A stretch of 38,975 bases of DNA from a virus. Taxonomy: Duplodnaviria; Caudoviricetes. Each line of letters starts with the position of its first letter. The stretch's first letter is position 1. The DNA is taken from IMG/VR virus record IMGVR_UViG_3300027819_000029, positions 1 through 38,975 of that record. One strand, given 5' to 3'. The translations under genes were made by a program, and so were the position numbers. Below are positions 26,385 through 34,551 of the stretch, piece by piece. The notes below the pieces were generated by a model that was not told the DNA's origin, searched no databases, and was given only the letters and a program-made list of their open reading frames with translations.

Positions 26385-28157
26385 ATGCGCCGTTTTCTCC
26401 TCGCATCCCTCATGGGGATGCTGATAAGTACCCTTGCGTTCGGAGTGGATATCAAGTCGCAGATCGGTACGCAGGACTTGAACATGGACGCGGACGGTGC
26501 GGCCCACGGTACGTTCCAGCGGCGCACATCTACAGGCGGCACGATTACGCTGGACAAGATCGACGGGAACCAGATCCCGTGGTCGAATGCCTACACCAGA
26601 ACTATCCGCCCCGCCGACCTCATCACGAAGGGGCCGTGGGTGGACGTGAGGGCGTATTTACCGGCGGGCTACGTTACCGACGGGTCGGTGGATTACTCGA
26701 CGCAGGTACAGCAAGCCCTTGATAATATAACCGCGAATGGAACGCTTGTCATCCCCTTGACTGTTGGCGTAGGTGCCGCAAGTTGGGTTGGATTGACCAT
26801 TGCCAGTAAGTCGTATGTTTCTATTGTTGGAATGGGCGGTGGGGGGTTTAAGTTACTGGCGCAACCCACGCAATCGGCATTGGCTGGAACATACCACCCC
26901 ATATTAAAAGTGTCGTCCTCTTCACACATAAATATAGTAAACCTTGTCATAAACCGGAACGGGATCGAGAGTATGGGGATTGCGTTTGTAGATGTAAGTG
27001 ACTCTAGCATACGTAATAACTATATCTACGGGGCACCGTCTACCGGAAGCGTCAACAATCTTAATGTAGGGTCAGGCGGATATTGTTATAGAAATACATA
27101 CTCCGGCAACCTGATTGAGGGTGGTTCTCACGGGTTCTTGTTGGGATACAATTTGACCAACTATGAAACTGGATCTGTAATAACAAACAATCGCATACGG
27201 AATTTAGACGGAGATGCGATAGTGTATGTGGGCGGACACGGCATTATAGATGGCAATTACATGGATAATGTTAATGTGGGGGCGCTTGCGGGTTGTCTGA
27301 CCGGGGCAGACAATACAAACGATATAGGTAGATTTATAACTATCAGTAATAATACGATAAATGATACAATCTGGTTCGGAATACAGATGGATTCCGTTTC
27401 AAATGCCATCCTTAAGCACATAACAATATCAGGAAATGTATTATCCAGAACAGGGTATGACGGAATATATGCTCCATTTACATCCTACCTTTCTATATAC
27501 GGTAATACAATCTATGGTTACGGGTGGGATAATACACAAAACTCCCACGGAATAACAGCGGGGCTTGGCGGCAGGGATGTTGTGATAGCCAACAACACGA
27601 TAGACGGGGTATATACAACTGGAGCGGCGCAAGCCGGTATTTATATAATCATTGGATCTCAAGGGTCTGACAATAACTATATTGTTGATGGGAACACAAT
27701 AAGTAAAGGTTACAGGGGAATATATTATGCTTCGGAGGAAGGATATGTATCGAGTCATCATAAAATAACAAACAACATAATAACTGGCGTTGGTCTTGAC
27801 GGTGTTATTATATCATCGGACGATTTTACTGATATTTACTTTTCCGGCAATACAATTAAAGACAGCGCGAGGTATGGTTTATATAATGCACATCCAGTGA
27901 GCAGACAATTATACGGGGCAAACAACGTATACGAGAATAATACATCAGGCAATATACTCGGCGGCGGACCAATAATGATTTATGGAAATAATACTGCCCA
28001 TGCTTTCCTCTCTGCCGCCCCCACGGATAACACAGTTACATGGAATGCAAACGATATCACTTGGAAATTGGGGACAGATAATGTGATTGGTTGGAAATGT
28101 ACGGTGGCAGGTGCTCCTGGAACGTGGAAATCCATGACGATCACGCTGGAACCGTAA
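26385..28157 (+). CDS. tail spike with right-handed parallel beta-helix (pectate-lyase-like), predicted signal peptide
   Basis: 'KGPWVDVRAY...DGSVDYS..VQQALD'; many 'I.GN.I' beta-helix repeats; AT-rich; leader MRRFLLASLMGMLISTLAFG|. Confidence 0.8.
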   Translation: MRRFLLASLMGMLISTLAFGVDIKSQIGTQDLNMDADGAAHGTFQRRTSTGGTITLDKIDGNQIPWSNAYTRTIRPADLITKGPWVDVRAYLPAGYVTDGSVDYSTQVQQALDNITANGTLVIPLTVGVGAASWVGLTIASKSYVSIVGMGGGGFKLLAQPTQSALAGTYHPILKVSSSSHINIVNLVINRNGIESMGIAFVDVSDSSIRNNYIYGAPSTGSVNNLNVGSGGYCYRNTYSGNLIEGGSHGFLLGYNLTNYETGSVITNNRIRNLDGDAIVYVGGHGIIDGNYMDNVNVGALAGCLTGADNTNDIGRFITISNNTINDTIWFGIQMDSVSNAILKHITISGNVLSRTGYDGIYAPFTSYLSIYGNTIYGYGWDNTQNSHGITAGLGGRDVVIANNTIDGVYTTGAAQAGIYIIIGSQGSDNNYIVDGNTISKGYRGIYYASEEGYVSSHHKITNNIITGVGLDGVIISSDDFTDIYFSGNTIKDSARYGLYNAHPVSRQLYGANNVYENNTSGNILGGGPIMIYGNNTAHAFLSAAPTDNTVTWNANDITWKLGTDNVIGWKCTVAGAPGTWKSMTITLEP

Positions 28158-28288
28158 TGCCCCCCAACTTCTTCTCTCGGAGGCTCCCATGAAACGCCTG
28201 ACCCTGCTCGTCCTGCTGCTGGCCCTCGATGGTGGAGAGTGATGCGCTCCAACTTCAAATCGTCGCTGAACAATCTGAGGGAGAAGGC

Positions 28289-28630
28289 ATGACCCTTTCC
28301 GAACGCCAACAGGTATTCGCCCGCAACGTGGCGAAGTTGATCCTCTACATGGCGGAAAGTAATTATGCCTGCACCTTCGGGGAGGCGTTGCGAACGCAGG
28401 AGATGGCCGACCTGTACGCCAATCAGAACAAGGGGATCAAGAACTCCCTGCACCTGAAGCGACTCGCTATAGACCTGAACTTGTTCAAAGACGGGAAGTA
28501 TCTTTCGGATACGGAATCCCATCGCCCCTTCGGGGAATGGTGGGAGACGCTGGACCCGATGAATCGGTGGGGCGGAAGGTTCAAGGATGGCAACCATTAC
28601 TCTATGTCCGATGATGGTAAAAATGCATAA
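28289..28630 (+). CDS. endolysin, peptidase M15 family
   Basis: 'R...Q...S.H..RLAIDL...RWGGRFKDGNHY' zinc motifs; start at MTLSERQ (28289). Confidence 0.85.
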   Translation: MTLSERQQVFARNVAKLILYMAESNYACTFGEALRTQEMADLYANQNKGIKNSLHLKRLAIDLNLFKDGKYLSDTESHRPFGEWWETLDPMNRWGGRFKDGNHYSMSDDGKNA

Positions 28631-29046
28631 TGTTCTTCTACATGGTGCGCCTTGCACAACCAACGGACCTCTAATGGTTTCGCATAATCGGCATGATGTG
28701 CTTCAGGGTCGCCTGATCCACATATATTGCACGCCTTACGGATCAATCTTCCGTCCCTTATGGCGTTGGAAACGGCAGTTTGAGCGGCCCGCTTCTGTTG
28801 GTTTTTGGTTCTCCATTTTTTCATTCTGGCAGATATTACTTTTTTGCCACGATCGGATGATGCCCATGAAGCATACGTTGATTTTCCTTCCGGGCTATTC
28901 CTTTGCATCCGGCACCATTCATTGTGGCAAGGCTTGCAACGCGGAGTGTAATAACCACCAGAACAGAAATATTCCGACAGGGGTTTTTCTATGGAGCATG
29001 ATTTGCAAACCTTTGTTTTCCCATCGTCTTTACGCGGCATCACCAT
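28597..29046 (-). CDS. HNH-like (His-Me finger) endonuclease, antisense within the lysis region
   Basis: 'CKSCSIEKPLSEY...CKPC' zinc finger; 'CNICG...EAHHADYAKPLEVRWLCKAHH'; minus-strand SD GGAGG at 29052-29056. Confidence 0.8.
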   Translation of the reverse strand: MVMPRKDDGKTKVCKSCSIEKPLSEYFCSGGYYTPRCKPCHNEWCRMQRNSPEGKSTYASWASSDRGKKVISARMKKWRTKNQQKRAAQTAVSNAIRDGRLIRKACNICGSGDPEAHHADYAKPLEVRWLCKAHHVEEHYAFLPSSDIE

Positions 29047-29074
29047 AATGGCCTCCATGTATCAAGATGTAACT

Positions 29075-29103
29075 ACTATATCACTACAAGATGGCAGATG
29101 CAA
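29075..29103 (-). promoter_or_regulatory. antisense promoter for the HNH gene
   Basis: Minus strand TTGCAT (29098-29103), 17 nt, TATAGT (29075-29080) with extended -10 TG. Confidence 0.6.
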
Positions 29104-29130
29104 CCATTACGAGATGAGGGAGGGGTGACT

Positions 29131-29496
29131 ATGAGATGGAATACAACTGTTGGGGTGCTCATGGCAATTGCTCTTGGTGTAACGACGATGTTCGCGTGGC
29201 CTGCCCACGCCTTCACGCTGACGTGGAGCAACGTGACTTCCTACACCGACAATTCATTGATCGGCTCCGAAGCCGGTGGGGTGTTCTACAACGTGGAGAT
29301 GGACGGCGCGCAGGTCGCCACAAGAATCGCCGCAACATCGTGGATCCTCCCCGCGGTCGGAAAGAAAACGGCGCACACGTTCAGGGCGCAAGCGGTCCTC
29401 GGGACCGGTGAGACATCGCTGTGGTCGCCCGTGTATTCGTGGACCTCCCCGGCGGGGAATCCGGGGGCGCCGGGACAACTCCGGGTTGCTCCATAG
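29131..29496 (+). CDS. secreted fibronectin type III-like protein
   Basis: Signal peptide ending AHA|; 'TLTW...YNV...HTFRAQAV...S.WS' FN3 pattern. Confidence 0.65.
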   Translation: MRWNTTVGVLMAIALGVTTMFAWPAHAFTLTWSNVTSYTDNSLIGSEAGGVFYNVEMDGAQVATRIAATSWILPAVGKKTAHTFRAQAVLGTGETSLWSPVYSWTSPAGNPGAPGQLRVAP

Positions 29497-29522
29497 CCAA
29501 CAGAACGTAAAGGAGGCATGAA

Positions 29523-29837
29523 ATGGACTTCTTAACGCTCATCCAAGGCGTCATGGACTGGATCGCCGTCGTCGTCGCCATCGTGGTGACGCAGGGGGTC
29601 AAATACTGGCTCCCCACGCCGTCCGTCTACACGAGTACGGATACGATCCCCGGCCACCTTGGGACACGCTTCCTGCCGTTCGTGCCCATCATCGTCGGGC
29701 TGGCGGTCGTGTTCCTGCGGTGGAAACTGGCCGGGGGCAAGGAAGCGCTGGACCCCGTGTTCGTCCGAGGGATCATGTCGGGCATCGCGGCCGGACACTT
29801 CTACAAGACGTGGAAAGTCTCGATCATCGGAACATGA
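29523..29837 (+). CDS. putative holin
   Basis: 104 aa, 2-3 hydrophobic segments, lysis region, SD AAGGAGG. Confidence 0.55.
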   Translation: MDFLTLIQGVMDWIAVVVAIVVTQGVKYWLPTPSVYTSTDTIPGHLGTRFLPFVPIIVGLAVVFLRWKLAGGKEALDPVFVRGIMSGIAAGHFYKTWKVSIIGT

Positions 29838-29847
29838 GGGAGGCAGC

Positions 29848-30435
29848 ATGTGGGAAAAGTTAAAGACCCTTGCGTCGGGTGCTTCGATCCCTTGGGGGCT
29901 TCTTGCCCTCGGTTTGCTTGTGCTTGCTTTCTTGCGCTACGCCCCGGACTCCCTGAAGCCGTGGGGAAACACCCCCCAACCTGCCGTCCAGCCGAAGGAC
30001 CCGGCGGCAAAGGTGGAGCGCATCGAAGTCCCCGGCCCGGTCCGCATAAAGGTCATCGAAAAGATAAAGTACGTTGACCGCTTCCCCGACGTGCTCACCC
30101 CGGCCACGGTGCAGGACAACTCCGCCCATGTGATCGCCTCCGCGACCATCCCCCCATCCTCGGCAGGCGGTACAGCCTCGGCCATCCTCCGGTATCAGGA
30201 CGGGGTAGGCGTGGGGTCGATCGAGTACAGGCCAGCAACGCCGCCATTCTTCGCCATCCAGAAGGAATTCGGGGTCCGGGCGGGTATGGGAACGGGGGGG
30301 CTGGTCATAGGCGAGTTATACGCTCGTCCGCTGAGAATTGGTCCAGTAACGGTGGAAGTGCGCGGGTGGGGCAAGCGTGATGATCGAAGCGGGGCCGATT
30401 TTGGAGCCGCTATTTTAGGCGATATGCGCTTCTGA
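29848..30435 (+). CDS. membrane-anchored protein, spanin-like candidate
   Basis: N-terminal TM helix, 'VERIEV...KVIEKIKYV' stalk, C-terminal amphipathic strands ending in Phe; start MWEKL. Confidence 0.5.
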   Translation: MWEKLKTLASGASIPWGLLALGLLVLAFLRYAPDSLKPWGNTPQPAVQPKDPAAKVERIEVPGPVRIKVIEKIKYVDRFPDVLTPATVQDNSAHVIASATIPPSSAGGTASAILRYQDGVGVGSIEYRPATPPFFAIQKEFGVRAGMGTGGLVIGELYARPLRIGPVTVEVRGWGKRDDRSGADFGAAILGDMRF

Positions 30436-30852
30436 TGGCAAATCGGGGAAATACGAGATGGAACCATTATGCAAAACTACCGCCAATATGTCTCTTTTGT
30501 CTTTTATGTGCTTACTGTAAGCCAACTTGCCCGTGCCGGGGGTAATGTATCCCGTGGTGACTTCAACCCTCAATAAAGTTCCGTTCCTAAATGCTACCAT
30601 GTCGCATGGGGATGACGGACTAAGTGCCCTGAATACTTCCCATCCTCGCAACATTAGGTCTACCGATGCCCGTAATTCATTCAGGGCACCAACAGCCCCG
30701 GGGGATATGTTTGGGCACGGGTTGACATTCCTGTATCGTTTGCGTTCGTGCAATTTTGAGCATTTCCCCGAACAGGTTTTCGCTCTTTTCCTGAACCTGT
30801 CGCCCGGGATGGGTTCTCCGCACTCCAAGCACAATGCATTCATGGTTTCCAT
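30415..30852 (-). CDS. PD-(D/E)XK homing-endonuclease-like protein with N-terminal zinc finger
   Basis: 'CLECG...TCSGKC' then 'GAVG..NE..A..DL..RGWEVF...CDMV...LRVEVTT', like group I intron-associated PD-(D/E)XK nucleases. Confidence 0.7.
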   Translation of the reverse strand: METMNALCLECGEPIPGDRFRKRAKTCSGKCSKLHERKRYRNVNPCPNISPGAVGALNELRASVDLMLRGWEVFRALSPSSPCDMVAFRNGTLLRVEVTTGYITPGTGKLAYSKHIKDKRDILAVVLHNGSISYFPDLPSEAHIA

Positions 30853-30858
30853 GCCTCC

Positions 30859-30887
30859 ATAATAGGGGTCTTAGGGGGATAAGTCAA
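30859..30887 (-). promoter_or_regulatory. antisense promoter for the PD-(D/E)XK gene
   Basis: Minus strand TTGACT (30882-30887), 17 nt, TATTAT (30859-30864). Confidence 0.65.
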
Positions 30888-31002
30888 GTGTTCATGTGGC
30901 AAAGGGCATTTGGGAAGAGGGACGACCGTTCCGGGGCAGATTTCGGGGCGGCTATACTTGCGGATTACCGTTTCTGAGCAAAATAAAGGCGGGAGGCAAC
31001 CT

Positions 31003-31308
31003 GTGGCCGAACATTCGCGAAAGATGGTACTTACCGAGGCCGATATAGACGCCATCGCCGTCATCGTTGAGTCCCGCCACGTCTGCCGGTACGACATTGA
31101 ACCGGACGACATGAAGGCCCTACTGTCGTTCGTCAGGGTGTTCCAGCGGGGCGCTATGGACATCAAGGGGGCTACCCGGAGCCTATTCATCAAGAAAGTG
31201 ATCCCACGGTTAATCATCGGATCACTCCTGACCATGCTGGCGGACTACCTGGGGCTGTTGAGGCCGGTCCTTAATGTGGCCATGAAGGTGATGAAGGGGG
31301 GCGGGTAA
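31003..31308 (+). CDS. hypothetical membrane protein
   Basis: SD GGGAGG before GTG 31003; C-terminal hydrophobic helix. Confidence 0.55.
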   Translation: MAEHSRKMVLTEADIDAIAVIVESRHVCRYDIEPDDMKALLSFVRVFQRGAMDIKGATRSLFIKKVIPRLIIGSLLTMLADYLGLLRPVLNVAMKVMKGGG

Positions 31309-31356
31309 GCCCCCTGCTACAGTTCCTCACCGGGGCGCCGGGGTAGGCGGCTCCCT

Positions 31357-31393
31357 CACTTCCATCTTCACCACCTCCCCCGCGCGGAGGAAG
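31357..31393. repeat. 37-nt direct repeat of 32043..32079 flanking the Mom-like gene
   Basis: CACTTCCATCTTCACCACCT(C/T)CCCCGCG(C/T)GGAGGAAG, 35/37 identical. Confidence 0.85.
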
Positions 31394-31405
31394 GCAGAAT
31401 GGGTT

Positions 31406-32023
31406 CTATAACAACAACGGTTGTGCCGTAATTTCCTTACTTGCATCATATCGTTCCGTGTTACCCTTTGGATATGTTTGGGTTGGATAGTTCAATGAAG
31501 ACAACATATCCTTTATTTCTCTATGGCTACCAATGAAATATACGTATCGGTGCTTTGATGTCCTTGGTTGCCTAATTGATTTGTCTCCGCCGTGATGCCT
31601 TGCGTGTTTTCCTTCACCGGAATAAATGTCCGTCCTTTCCTTCGTGCACCCGGTATAAAGCCAATTGGTTGCTTGGTATATGTACCCGATGTGCCCTTTC
31701 CCTACATCTGCATAACTAACTATAATCCTTGGTCTATCCAACTGCTTCAGGCTGGATGACACCAATACGCTCGCCCTGTTATTCCCTCCGTCTTCTATGC
31801 AAACCCTGTTTAATTCAAGAACTATTTTGGCATATTTTTTACCGCATATCCCGGAGCAAAGATATGGGGATGCGGGCACTCCGTAGGTGGCTATGCCCAC
31901 CAACATATTTCCTTCGTACAATCCAAACGCATCTGTAATGCATGGCAATCTCTTGGCGTAATGTCTTTCCAATATCCAAGGATAAGTCACCTCTGAGGAT
32001 ACTCTGTAAACATTGGATTTCAT
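31406..32023 (-). CDS. Mom-like (GNAT-fold) DNA adenine modification protein
   Basis: 'I...HY...FGL...G...YG.P...ELNR...IVSYAD...H.G.IYQATNWLYTG...KHRY' signature; low GC. Confidence 0.7.
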   Translation of the reverse strand: MKSNVYRVSSEVTYPWILERHYAKRLPCITDAFGLYEGNMLVGIATYGVPASPYLCSGICGKKYAKIVLELNRVCIEDGGNNRASVLVSSSLKQLDRPRIIVSYADVGKGHIGYIYQATNWLYTGCTKERTDIYSGEGKHARHHGGDKSIRQPRTSKHRYVYFIGSHREIKDMLSSLNYPTQTYPKGNTERYDASKEITAQPLLL

Positions 32024-32178
32024 ACCTTCACTTCCCCTCCCCCACTTCCATCTTCACCACCTTCCCCGCGTGGAGGAAGCAGGCATGCATTTCCCCTCCT
32101 TCGCCCTACGGCGGACAAGCGGTACAATAAATATCGCAAACATCCCGAGAGTGGCCCATGCTTTCAACCAGAAGTCGT

Positions 32179-32736
32179 TCATCCCCCCTCCTTCGCCGCG
32201 AGGGCGGCGCGTTCGGCGTCCAAGAACTTCCGCGTTGCATCCTGCCATTTTGTCCATCCGCAAAAGTGGGCATTCCCCTCAAAAATGCAGTCACAATCCG
32301 GCCCATCACCGAGGGCAGAATCCAACAATTTACAGGCATCGGAAAGTAAGCCATCCAGCCGCGCCACCTTCGCCTCGTGTCGGCAGGGGCCGGTGGAATT
32401 TAATATGGCGGCAACCTCCCCCAAAATGGTCCCTCTTCCTCGGATAGTTCCCACATATCCGATCTTCTCCCTCGCCCTGCACAGTTGCGCCTCGGATGCG
32501 GCGAGGCGGGATTGCTTTGTCTCAAGGGATACAGTCGCGTCGTGCAGTTCTTTTTCCAGCCATTTCTCGCGTTCCTCCAACTCCCTGATCCTCGCGTCCT
32601 TCTCGGCTTCGCGGGTGAGGGAGGCGCGGAGGGAGTCGATAAGTATTCGTAATGCCATCCTTGGATTTGTCTGCGCTATATTCGCAACCGTCCAACTGAG
32701 CCTCTCATCCTTCAGGTCGGTTATCAGGTCCATCAC
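32179..32736 (-). CDS. hypothetical coiled-coil early protein
   Basis: Overlap-coupled leftward operon. Confidence 0.55.
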   Translation of the reverse strand: MMDLITDLKDERLSWTVANIAQTNPRMALRILIDSLRASLTREAEKDARIRELEEREKWLEKELHDATVSLETKQSRLAASEAQLCRAREKIGYVGTIRGRGTILGEVAAILNSTGPCRHEAKVARLDGLLSDACKLLDSALGDGPDCDCIFEGNAHFCGWTKWQDATRKFLDAERAALAAKEGG

Positions 32737-33002
32737 TTTCCTCCTTTGCGGATCGTGGCGGTTTCCCGCCAGCGCCTATTCCCTCTGACGGCATCCGGGA
32801 ATGTTATCCCGGCGCATCCTGGCGGCCTGCTGGCCCAGTCGTAATAGATGCTGATGCAGTCGGCGCGGACGGCGGCGACGAGGGCGGTGATGAGGCGGCC
32901 CGCCAGCCTTGCATCGGCAACCCGATCATTGAGAGAATCATCAACATCAATAGGCAAGCAGACGATTTTCCTTAACTCCTTCTCTTCCTTCAGCCGCTTC
33001 AC
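32733..33002 (-). CDS. hypothetical early protein
   Basis: Overlap-coupled leftward operon. Confidence 0.5.
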   Translation of the reverse strand: MKRLKEEKELRKIVCLPIDVDDSLNDRVADARLAGRLITALVAAVRADCISIYYDWASRPPGCAGITFPDAVRGNRRWRETATIRKGGK

Positions 33003-33174
33003 GGCGACACCGGGGAAGGGGGGAGGGGTACTTGCTCAATCCCCATGTCGGCCCCTATCTCGCATTCGTCGCAGGTTCCGGGGCATCCTACCCAATCGTA
33101 GCAATCAATTTCTTCTATTGTGTCGGGCATCTTCCCTCCCCTCTCGGCGTCCATCCCCGTCAGCGCGAGGGTGG

Positions 33175-33894
33175 TCATCTTCCGGTGGACCTGCGCGATG
33201 TCTCGGGCCATGTCTTCACTCCCGGGCACGTGAAGGACGCCTTCTGCGCGGTGACGGTGCGTCGGATGGCGACCTCATCGGCTTGGAGATACGTCAGCGG
33301 AGCCTTCCCCGATGCGACCGCCAACACGAGGGCCTTCAGGTCGGATACCTCCATCTTCCAAGTGACGACCTCCGCGCTGCCGGCCAACTTCGGCGGGGGA
33401 GGGGGCGCCGGGACGAACACGGGGGCGACGATGGCCTCGTGGATGATGGCGGCGGCCTCCTCCCGCTCCCCGGCGGCTTCCGCTTCGGCGGCGGCACGGA
33501 GGGCGGCTTCCTCGGCCTCCTTGCGGGCCTTCGCCTCGGCGATCCGCTGCTCCTCCTCCCTGCGCTTCCGGTCCTCCGCGTCGAACCGCATGATCTCCCG
33601 GTTGACGATACCCTCCGCCTCCACGATGGGGGCTTCGGCGGCGGTCTTCTCCGCGACCATCTTGGCGCGGTTATCGTCGGCCAGTCTCTTCGCCGCCTTC
33701 CATTCCTCGATCTTCGGGTCATAGAATGCGTCGATCACCTTCCGGGCGCGGCGGCAGTCGAGGAAGAAGGCGTTGGCGGCCTCCTTCGTCTGGTAGTCGA
33801 TCACCACGATGGATCGGGCGCTGTTGGGGAGGGCGAGGGCGACGGACTGCGCCTCAGCCTCGGCCACGTCGATGGTGCGGGCGGGGTCACTCAA
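33175..33894 (-). CDS. coiled-coil protein of the recombination module
   Basis: E/A/R-rich helix plus 'W..EV.D...L...D...I...PGV' C-terminus; adjacent to exonuclease/SSAP. Confidence 0.6.
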   Translation of the reverse strand: MSDPARTIDVAEAEAQSVALALPNSARSIVVIDYQTKEAANAFFLDCRRARKVIDAFYDPKIEEWKAAKRLADDNRAKMVAEKTAAEAPIVEAEGIVNREIMRFDAEDRKRREEEQRIAEAKARKEAEEAALRAAAEAEAAGEREEAAAIIHEAIVAPVFVPAPPPPPKLAGSAEVVTWKMEVSDLKALVLAVASGKAPLTYLQADEVAIRRTVTAQKASFTCPGVKTWPETSRRSTGR

Positions 33895-33978
33895 CGGGGG
33901 CCTCCTCCGCCGTCAGGTCGATTACTTCGCTCTCGATAATGAGATACCCGGACTTCATCTTCACCGTCAGAACCGCCT

Positions 33979-34551
33979 TCATGCTTCCCCCTTCTTCCAT
34001 CTCTCGACCACCATCGCGCCGAGGAAGATTTGAAAGTTTCTTTTCAGGTCTTTTATTTCATCCAGCCGATACGTGCCGTCATCCCGAAGGTGCAGGGAGA
34101 AGCATTTCGCGCAATGGATGTCCTCGGACACCCGGACCATCTCCCGATATGCGGCGACCTGAATCTGTGTGGCGCGGTTCGGCACTCCTGTCTTCATGTC
34201 GGCCAAAGAGGTGACACCATCCATCAGGAAGACCCGATCCGGCTTCCCCGCGTACAGGTATGCCGCGTGATACATCGGCTTCTCCGACAGCAATATCTCA
34301 GGCCGCTTGTCCTCGATGAACCGCTGATAGGCTTCGCAGTAGGGCCGCAGGGTATCGTCAAGGATCTCCCAGTCCAGCGTACCCCGGTCGATCATCTCCG
34401 TGGCGGTATGGACATACGATCCCCGCGCCATCGCGTCGGCATTGGAGAAGCGGTAATCCGCGATGCCGGAAAGGGAGAGGATCTCCGTAACGGATTCCAA
34501 CTCCCGCCCATCGAGCCAATAGGAATGATCCTCTCCCCGGAAGGTGAACAT
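33979..34551 (-). CDS. PD-(D/E)XK exonuclease (recombination partner)
   Basis: 'H.YWLDG...SVTEIL...RGSYVH...E...YAGKPDR...LADMKTG...Q..AY'. Confidence 0.8.
   Translation of the reverse strand: MFTFRGEDHSYWLDGRELESVTEILSLSGIADYRFSNADAMARGSYVHTATEMIDRGTLDWEILDDTLRPYCEAYQRFIEDKRPEILLSEKPMYHAAYLYAGKPDRVFLMDGVTSLADMKTGVPNRATQIQVAAYREMVRVSEDIHCAKCFSLHLRDDGTYRLDEIKDLKRNFQIFLGAMVVERWKKGEA

Noticed and set aside
28597-29110. Possible intron in the endolysin gene
   Set aside because: No P3/P4/P7 core around the HNH, and the endolysin is complete without splicing
32848-33939. Long + strand ORFs (and similar long antisense ORFs such as 7332..8537, 1162..2163, 15596..16564)
   Set aside because: Antisense shadows of GC-rich real genes; low-complexity translations without motifs
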